DNA from: Acidimicrobiales bacterium
GTDB taxonomy: Bacteria; Actinomycetota; Acidimicrobiia; Acidimicrobiales; UBA8190
DNA length: 64,000 bases
Assembly: GCA_035509915.1 (NCBI GenBank)
Contig: DATKIB010000172.1
Coordinates: forward strand, 609 to 64,608
Direction of reading: 5' to 3'
This document shows, one piece after another, positions 57,589 through 64,000 of the stretch. Positions within the stretch are counted from its first letter, which is position 1; each line of letters begins with the position of its first letter. A model generated the notes under the pieces. That model worked only from the letters and a program-made list of their open reading frames with translations. It made no database searches and was not told the DNA's origin. A program made the translations under genes and the position numbers.

Positions 57589-58599
57589 GCACGGAGGCCG
57601 GTCTCCCGGATCGCCAGGGAGCTCGCCAGGCAGAGCGCAGTGCGGCTCGCCGTGCTGGTCGGGATGGGCACCATGGGACTCATCGGCACGGTGGCCCTGC
57701 TCCCTAAGCAGGCCGACGCCACGACCGTGACCACCGCCGCCAGCAGGCACGGGACGCTGGTCTCCCGTTCCCACCAGACGCCGGTCTTCCCCTCCTCACC
57801 GGCGCCGCAGGCCCCGGCGAGCACCACGGTCCCGGCTCCGACCCCGACGCAGGCCCAGGCCAGCCCCTCCAGCCCCGCCCAGACCGTCACCTTGGTGCGG
57901 AACCCGACACCGACGCCGGCGCCGACCCCCACCCCAGCACCGACCCCTTCGCCCGCGGCGCCGAGTGCGACCCGCGGGATCGTTCCTCCCGCCAACCCGT
58001 CGTCCAACATCGCCCCTTCCCCGAACTTCCTGTCGAGTTGCTCCGGCTCGGCCTACGACGACTCGGGCTCGTGCGTGGGAGCGACCCTCGCCGCCATCGA
58101 CAACGGGCGCCAGGCGGAAGGGCTGCCCGCCATGAGCCTCCCTGGCAACTGGCAGAGCCTCACGCCCCAGGAGCAGCTCTTCGTTGCCACCAACCTCGAG
58201 CGCACCGCACGGGGGCTCCCTGCGCTCAGCCAGATGTCCTCAGCTCTCGACCAGGCGTCACAGGTCGGAGCGGCCTCGAACGCCGACCCCGTCCCCCCCG
58301 GAGGCTTCTCCTTCGTCCAATGGGGATCGAACTGGGCGGGAGCGCTCGGCAATCCTCTCGAGGCCATCTACTACTGGATGTACGACGACGGGCCCGGATC
58401 GAACAACATCGACTGCACCGCCAGCAACTCTTCGGGGTGCTGGGGGCACCGCGACAACGTGCTCATCTCGCTGTCAGGCGCAGTTCTCGAGATGGGAACG
58501 GGATTCGTCTCCAGCTCCTACCAGGGCACCCCGAGCTGGACCGAGCTGCTCGTCGGTGCCAACGCTCCTTCCGCCGCCGACTACACCTGGCAGGGATAG
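57565..58599 (+). CDS. Secreted protein with a Pro/Thr-rich linker and a Cys-containing C-terminal domain (possibly CAP/SCP-like)
   Basis: Signal-like VRLAVLVGMGTMGLIGTVALLPKQADA, with an alternative GTG start at 57640. Linker PTPTPAPTPTPAPTPSPAAP. C-terminal domain with ATNLERTARGLPAL...YYWMYDDGPGS...CWGHRDNVL. Confidence 0.55.
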   Translation: MERNNTESARRPVSRIARELARQSAVRLAVLVGMGTMGLIGTVALLPKQADATTVTTAASRHGTLVSRSHQTPVFPSSPAPQAPASTTVPAPTPTQAQASPSSPAQTVTLVRNPTPTPAPTPTPAPTPSPAAPSATRGIVPPANPSSNIAPSPNFLSSCSGSAYDDSGSCVGATLAAIDNGRQAEGLPAMSLPGNWQSLTPQEQLFVATNLERTARGLPALSQMSSALDQASQVGAASNADPVPPGGFSFVQWGSNWAGALGNPLEAIYYWMYDDGPGSNNIDCTASNSSGCWGHRDNVLISLSGAVLEMGTGFVSSSYQGTPSWTELLVGANAPSAADYTWQG

Positions 58600-58622
58600 C
58601 CGGACCGAGAGGTTCAGCCGTC

Positions 58623-59093
58623 CTATCGGCCGAGCGCGTCCGACACCAACCTGAGCAGTTCCTGGGGGCGAAACGGCTTCTGTAGGTAGGCGAGCACCTT
58701 TCCCGAAAGGCGCTCGCGGTCCTCGTCGTCGATCACGTATGCGGAGACGAGGATGGTGGGCGGCGGGTGGCTGAGGCGCTGGAGCATCGTGATGCCGTCG
58801 AGCCTCGGCATGCGGACGTCGACCACCATCGCACCGACCCGCCTGTGCGACAGCTCCTGGAGAGCGTGCTCACCATCTGAGGCCTCGCCCGTGGTCAGCC
58901 CGGCGGTATCGAGGATCTCGCAGATCGAGCTGCGCACGCTGTCCTCGTCGTCGACCACCAGGACGTCGACAGCGGGTGGCGATCCGGGCCCGCCCGTGGG
59001 CTCGTGCTGCGGGCGCAACCGTGCCGACAGAGTCCCGTCCGAGCGCGCAGGCGCTAGAGGACGACGCGATTGAACAGTCCCGCCGCTCTGCAC
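58623..59093 (-). CDS. Stand-alone response-regulator receiver domain, paralog of 31620..32063
   Basis: VLVVDDEDSVR, MVVDVRMPRLDG, ILVSAY, LQKP. No output domain, and no histidine kinase gene nearby. Confidence 0.8.
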   Translation of the reverse strand: MQSGGTVQSRRPLAPARSDGTLSARLRPQHEPTGGPGSPPAVDVLVVDDEDSVRSSICEILDTAGLTTGEASDGEHALQELSHRRVGAMVVDVRMPRLDGITMLQRLSHPPPTILVSAYVIDDEDRERLSGKVLAYLQKPFRPQELLRLVSDALGR

Positions 59094-59181
59094 GGCCCGA
59101 TCCTATAAGTGGCCCGGCCGGCGGGCACGGGCCGGCACGGGTGGAGATGGAAGAAGCGCCCGTCCTCGTAGCCTGTGGCCG

Positions 59182-59868
59182 ATGACGGCGGTAGTGAGCC
59201 CGGTTGCCTACGGCACAGCTGTGGCCTTCGGGGCGGTCTGCTGCTTCTGGCTGTGCGTGGAGGCCCGAAGGCGCCCCGGCCCCTGGACCCGCATCGCGGC
59301 GCGTGCCCTTGGGACAGTGCTCGCTGCGGACGCGGTCAGCTTCGTGGCCGCGCTCGCGGTGCACGGAAAGTTCTCGGCCAAGACCTCGCTCCCGCTGGCG
59401 CTGTGCGACGCGGCCCTGATCGTTGCAGCCGTCGCCTGCTGGTGGCCCGTCCCGGTGCTCGTGGAGCTCACGTACTTCTGGGGACTGGCCGGGACACTGC
59501 AGGCGATCATCACGCCCGACCTCAACGTGGCGTTCCCGCACCTCGAGTTCTTCCAGTACGTGGCAGGACACGTGGGGATCGTGGTGGTAGCGCTCTACCT
59601 GGTGGTCGGCGTGCGCCTGAAGCCGCGCCCGAAGGCCGTGCCGCGCGTGCTCGGGATCACCGCCGGGTACACCGCGCTGGTCGGGCTGGTGGACGCCGCT
59701 TCGGGGGCCAACTACATGTTCCTGCGCAGCCCTCCTTCCAACTGGACCCTGCTTCGCGTCCTCGGGCCGTGGCCGTGGTACGTGCTGAGCGCGACCGGAG
59801 TGGCCCTTGTGCTCCTCACCGTCCTCGACGCTCCCTTCTGGGCGGCTCGTCGTGTCGCCGTCCCCTGA
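59182..59868 (+). CDS. YwaF/TIGR02206-family integral membrane protein
   Basis: LPLALCDAALIVAAV, YFWGLAGTLQAIITPDL, FFQYVAGHVGIVVVALY; typical family pattern. Confidence 0.72.
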   Translation: MTAVVSPVAYGTAVAFGAVCCFWLCVEARRRPGPWTRIAARALGTVLAADAVSFVAALAVHGKFSAKTSLPLALCDAALIVAAVACWWPVPVLVELTYFWGLAGTLQAIITPDLNVAFPHLEFFQYVAGHVGIVVVALYLVVGVRLKPRPKAVPRVLGITAGYTALVGLVDAASGANYMFLRSPPSNWTLLRVLGPWPWYVLSATGVALVLLTVLDAPFWAARRVAVP

Positions 59869-61148
59869 TGTCCGTGGCCGACTCGGAGGACGCACGGCCG
59901 TCCCTCGACCTACGCGGGTGGCGCGACCCTGCCGTCATGGCGCTCGCGTTCATGGCGCTCGCCTCGGGGTTCGGGCAATTCGGAGCGGTCTCCGCCCTCG
60001 GCGACGTCGCCAAGACCTTCGGCCACGTGACCCACGGCACCTCGATCGCCGAACAGGCGGGGCTGTCGGGTACCGAGCTCGGTATCGGTCTAGCGGTGCT
60101 GCGCCTCGCATCGCTCGGGGGCCTGCCCCTCGCCGGCATCGCAGACCGCTTCGGCCGCCGCAAGATGCTGCTCCTCACGTGCGCGCTGGGCCTGGCGTTC
60201 ACAATGGCAGCAGCTGGCAGCCCCGGGTACTGGTGGTTCGTCGTCATATTCGCTCTGGGCCGCCCGCTTCTGAGCGCCACGAACGCCCTCGCGCAGGTCG
60301 GAGCGGCAGAGGAGACCGCTTCCGCGGACCGGGCCAAGGCGATCGCGCTGATCGCAGCCGGTTACGGGATCGGGAGCGGGTTGACGGCCATCGTGCACGG
60401 TCTCGCCGGGTCGATCGGGTTCCGCGGCGTCTTCGCCCTGGCGGTGGTGCCGTTGGTGGGCGTCTTCTTCGTGCGCAAGTGGCTGGTGGAACCCGGACGC
60501 TTCGCCGTCTCCGCCGCGGCGGCCACGCATCCGTTCCCCGTGCTCGGTGCGGTGGGCCCGGCATTTCGCAGGCGCCTGTTGGTGGTGGCGGCGCTCGCCT
60601 TCGCCCTGTCGGTGGTGAGCGGGCCGGCGAACAGCTTCGTCTTCGTGTACGCGGAGAACGTCCTCGGGCTCTCCGCGGCCGTCGCAGCCGGGATGGTCGT
60701 GGTGGCCGGCGCGTTCGGGCTGGCTGGACTGCTGTTCGGGCGCTGGCTCGCCGACCGCTTCGGCAGGCGCCCGACCGGCGCCTTCGCGATGATGGCGATG
60801 GCTCTGACGGCCGTCGTGACATACAGCGGATCGCGCACTGCGCTGTTCGTCGGCTACGAGTTGGCTGTCTTCTCGGCGTCGACGTTTGCTCCGGCCGCCG
60901 GGGCACTTCTGAACGAGCTGTTCCCCACGTCGGTGCGAGCCTCGGTGTCCGGTTGGAACGTGGCCGCCGGGGTGATCGGCGCCGTCGTGGGGCTGGTCGT
61001 CTTCGGCTCAGTAGCCGACGTCGGCAACCGCTTCGCGATCGGAGCCGTCGTGACCTTCTTGCCGGTGGTGGTCGCGCCGGCGCTGTTCCTACTGCTCCCC
61101 GAGACCAAGGGCCGCGAGCCGGAGGAGCTGTGGCCAGAGGGCACGTGA
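59868..61148 (+). CDS. MFS transporter
   Basis: 12-TM profile with the ADRFGRRKMLL motif (and a second ADRFGRRP). ATG 59868 overlaps the upstream stop (TGATG). Confidence 0.85.
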   Translation: MSVADSEDARPSLDLRGWRDPAVMALAFMALASGFGQFGAVSALGDVAKTFGHVTHGTSIAEQAGLSGTELGIGLAVLRLASLGGLPLAGIADRFGRRKMLLLTCALGLAFTMAAAGSPGYWWFVVIFALGRPLLSATNALAQVGAAEETASADRAKAIALIAAGYGIGSGLTAIVHGLAGSIGFRGVFALAVVPLVGVFFVRKWLVEPGRFAVSAAAATHPFPVLGAVGPAFRRRLLVVAALAFALSVVSGPANSFVFVYAENVLGLSAAVAAGMVVVAGAFGLAGLLFGRWLADRFGRRPTGAFAMMAMALTAVVTYSGSRTALFVGYELAVFSASTFAPAAGALLNELFPTSVRASVSGWNVAAGVIGAVVGLVVFGSVADVGNRFAIGAVVTFLPVVVAPALFLLLPETKGREPEELWPEGT

Positions 61149-61175
61149 CGAGCCGAGCGGATCGACAGGGCTAGC

Positions 61176-62042
61176 TCAGCCCTTCACGGCGCCGGCGGTG
61201 AGTCCCCGCACGAGCTGCTTCTGGAACGCGAAGAGCAGCACGAATATCGGCAGCGCAGCGAGGATCGTCCCCGCGAAGACCACGTCCAGGCGGTTGAACT
61301 GGGTCACGCTCAGCTGGCGAAGACCGATCTGGACGGTGCGCACGCTGTTGGTCTGGGTCACGATGAGCGGCCAGAGGTACTGGTTCCACGAGGTGAGAAA
61401 CGCATATATCCCGAAAGCGGCTACGACTGGGCGGTTGAGCGGTAGCACTACCCGGGTCAGAAAGCTCATGTGCCCGTAGCCGTCGAGCTTGGCGGCGTCG
61501 CGCAGCTCGGGTGGGACGCCTCTGAAGGCTTGCCGGAAAAGGAACACACCGATCCCGCTGCCGACGAAGGGCACTATCAACGCGGGAAAGGAGTTGTACC
61601 ACCCGAGGGCCTGCACGGTGCGGTAGTTCGGGATGATCGTCGCCTCCAACGGGACCATGAGCGTCGCGAGGCACAGCGCGAATGCCAGCCCGCGCAGAGG
61701 GAACCGCACGAAAGCGAAGGCGTACCCTGCCAGCACCGACGTGATCAGCTGGGCTGCCACGGTCGCCAGCGTGACGATGGCGCTGTTGCGCAGGTAGATG
61801 CCGAGGTGAGCCTCGCTGAAGGCGGTGGCGAAGCTCCCCCAGAGCGGGTGCAACGGGAAGAGGGTGGGCGGTCGCGAGCCGATCTTCTGCGAGGGTAGGA
61901 GGGCGTCCACGAGCGTCACGTAGATCGGGAAGAGCACCACCCCCGCCATGGCGACGAGCAGTAGGTAGCGCACGACCCGCCGCGCCACGAGCCGGGCTCT
62001 TTGCCCGGCGGGGCTCCGACCGCCTCGCCCGTCAGTTGGCAT
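61176..62042 (-). CDS. Carbohydrate ABC transporter permease (MalG/UgpE-like)
   Basis: EAA-loop region FRGVPPELRDAAKLDGYGHMSFLTRVVLPL; 6-TM layout. Confidence 0.9.
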   Translation of the reverse strand: MPTDGRGGRSPAGQRARLVARRVVRYLLLVAMAGVVLFPIYVTLVDALLPSQKIGSRPPTLFPLHPLWGSFATAFSEAHLGIYLRNSAIVTLATVAAQLITSVLAGYAFAFVRFPLRGLAFALCLATLMVPLEATIIPNYRTVQALGWYNSFPALIVPFVGSGIGVFLFRQAFRGVPPELRDAAKLDGYGHMSFLTRVVLPLNRPVVAAFGIYAFLTSWNQYLWPLIVTQTNSVRTVQIGLRQLSVTQFNRLDVVFAGTILAALPIFVLLFAFQKQLVRGLTAGAVKG

Positions 62043-62923
62043 AGAAGACCCTTCGCTGGAAGTACCAGAACTGGGCGAACGTGAGAACGAGGAGGATCAC
62101 GAACAGCGACACCGACAGCACAGCGGCGGACCCGAAGTTGTCGTACTGGAACGCCTGCTGGTACAGGTCGTAGATCAGCACCAGGGTGTGGTTGTTGGGC
62201 CCGCCCTGGGTCAGGATGTCGATCTGGCCGAAGGCCTGGAAGCCTGCGATCGTGCCGACGATGACTGCGAAGAAGATCATCGGCGACAGCAGCGGGATCG
62301 TCACGTGCCGGAAGCGGAACCAGGACGACGCTCCGTCCACCCGCGCCGCCTCGAGCAGGTCGTCGGGCACAGCCTGGAGAGCAGCGCTCATGAGGATGAA
62401 CGTGAAGCCGATGTTCTGCCAGATGGTGACCACCGACACCGCGGGTAGCGCGAGCGACGAGCTCTGGAGGAGGCCAGCGCCGCCCTGGCGGCCGAGCCAG
62501 TAGTTGAGAAGCCCGATCTGGGGGTTCAGCAGGGTCAGGAAGACGACCGACGCGACCGCTGTGGAGGTCGCCACGGTGGAGGAGTAGACGGTCCGGAAGA
62601 TCCGTATGCCCGCCAGCCGCTGGTTGGCCAGCACGGCGAGGGCGATACCCAGGACTATCCCGGCAGGGACGGTGTAGAGCACGAACTGCACCGAGCGCCA
62701 CAGGTCGTCGCGGAACTCGCTCGAGCGGAGCACCGAGGAGTATTGCGATACCCCGACGTAGTGCGCCGGGAGGTTGGGCGCGGGAGGTGAGGTGAAGAAA
62801 CCCAGATACGCGGTCTTCACCAGGGGGTAGAAAACGAAGACGCCGAACGCCACGAGCGCCGGCAGCACGAACAGGTAGCCGGCACCGGCCTCCCTCACGG
62901 TCCTGCTGAGCCTGCGTCTGCCC

Positions 62924-62931
<8 letters not shown>
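62032..62931 (-). CDS. Carbohydrate ABC transporter permease (MalF/UgpA-like)
   Basis: LQAVPDDLLEAARVDGASSWFRFRHVTIPLLSP (EAA loop). Overlaps the neighbouring genes by 11 and 8 nt. Confidence 0.9.

Positions 62932-64000
<1,069 letters not shown>

Noticed and set aside
57830-57960. Tandem-looking repeat ACCCCGACGCCGGCGCCGACC..., considered as a possible non-coding repeat or CRISPR-like array.
   Set aside because: It lies within a coding Pro/Thr-rich linker (PTPTPAPTPTPAPTPSP). There is no spacer/repeat organisation, and no CRISPR array exists anywhere in the window.

Overview
High-GC Actinomycetota-type chromosomal window; hand counts of typical core lines give about 63% G+C or more. It falls into four blocks.

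(1) 1-7.8 kb: a cell-envelope glycan cluster. It holds the tail of a MOP/Wzx-like flippase, a GT4 glycosyltransferase, a 1578-aa AftD-like (DUF3367) GT-C arabinofuranosyltransferase-family protein and a SAM methyltransferase.

(2) 7.8-25.2 kb: a conserved housekeeping backbone. Gene order is coaE, uvrB, uvrA, nadA (opposite strand), uvrC, rapZ, yvcK-like, gap, pgk, tpiA, secG, a family-5 ABC solute-binding lipoprotein and tRNA-Leu(GAG). The whiA gene normally found between yvcK and gap is absent from this position.

(3) 25.2-47.4 kb: an accessory, decaying region.
- It begins with a 4.5-kb integrative-element remnant at the tRNA-Leu 3' end, bounded by an exact 19-bp direct repeat. The remnant has a 3'-truncated tyrosine integrase and unusual arrays of hexamers phased at 12 bp.
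- After it come tailoring, detoxification and signalling genes: FkbM methyltransferase, sulfotransferase, an SnoaL-like protein, a frameshifted F420/Ddn-like gene, TetR + GT1, SRPBCC, VOC, GNAT, PhyH, YbjQ and alpha/beta hydrolases.
- The region also holds three class III nucleotide cyclases, one of them frameshifted, and an orphan receiver domain.

(4) 47.4-64 kb:
- a CoA-transferase and a Cys-less DksA-like protein;
- an operon of a Tat-signal small protein, DUF4331, a small hypothetical, an ECF sigma factor and an RskA-type anti-sigma factor;
- two Gfo/Idh/MocA oxidoreductases (one at 45.7-46.8 kb, one at 53.0-54.0 kb);
- an EAL phosphodiesterase, a DUF2510 membrane protein, an Rpf-like transglycosylase and a secreted protein;
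- a second orphan receiver, a YwaF-like membrane protein, an MFS transporter and the start of a sugar ABC transporter operon (ATPase plus two permeases).

No rRNA, CRISPR array or intact IS element was seen. I could not identify a recognisable complete novel defence-type system. The most unusual signals are the degenerate tRNA island with its phased repeat arrays, the loss of whiA from a highly conserved cluster, the cyclase/EAL/orphan-receiver concentration, and the DUF4331-ECF sigma operon.
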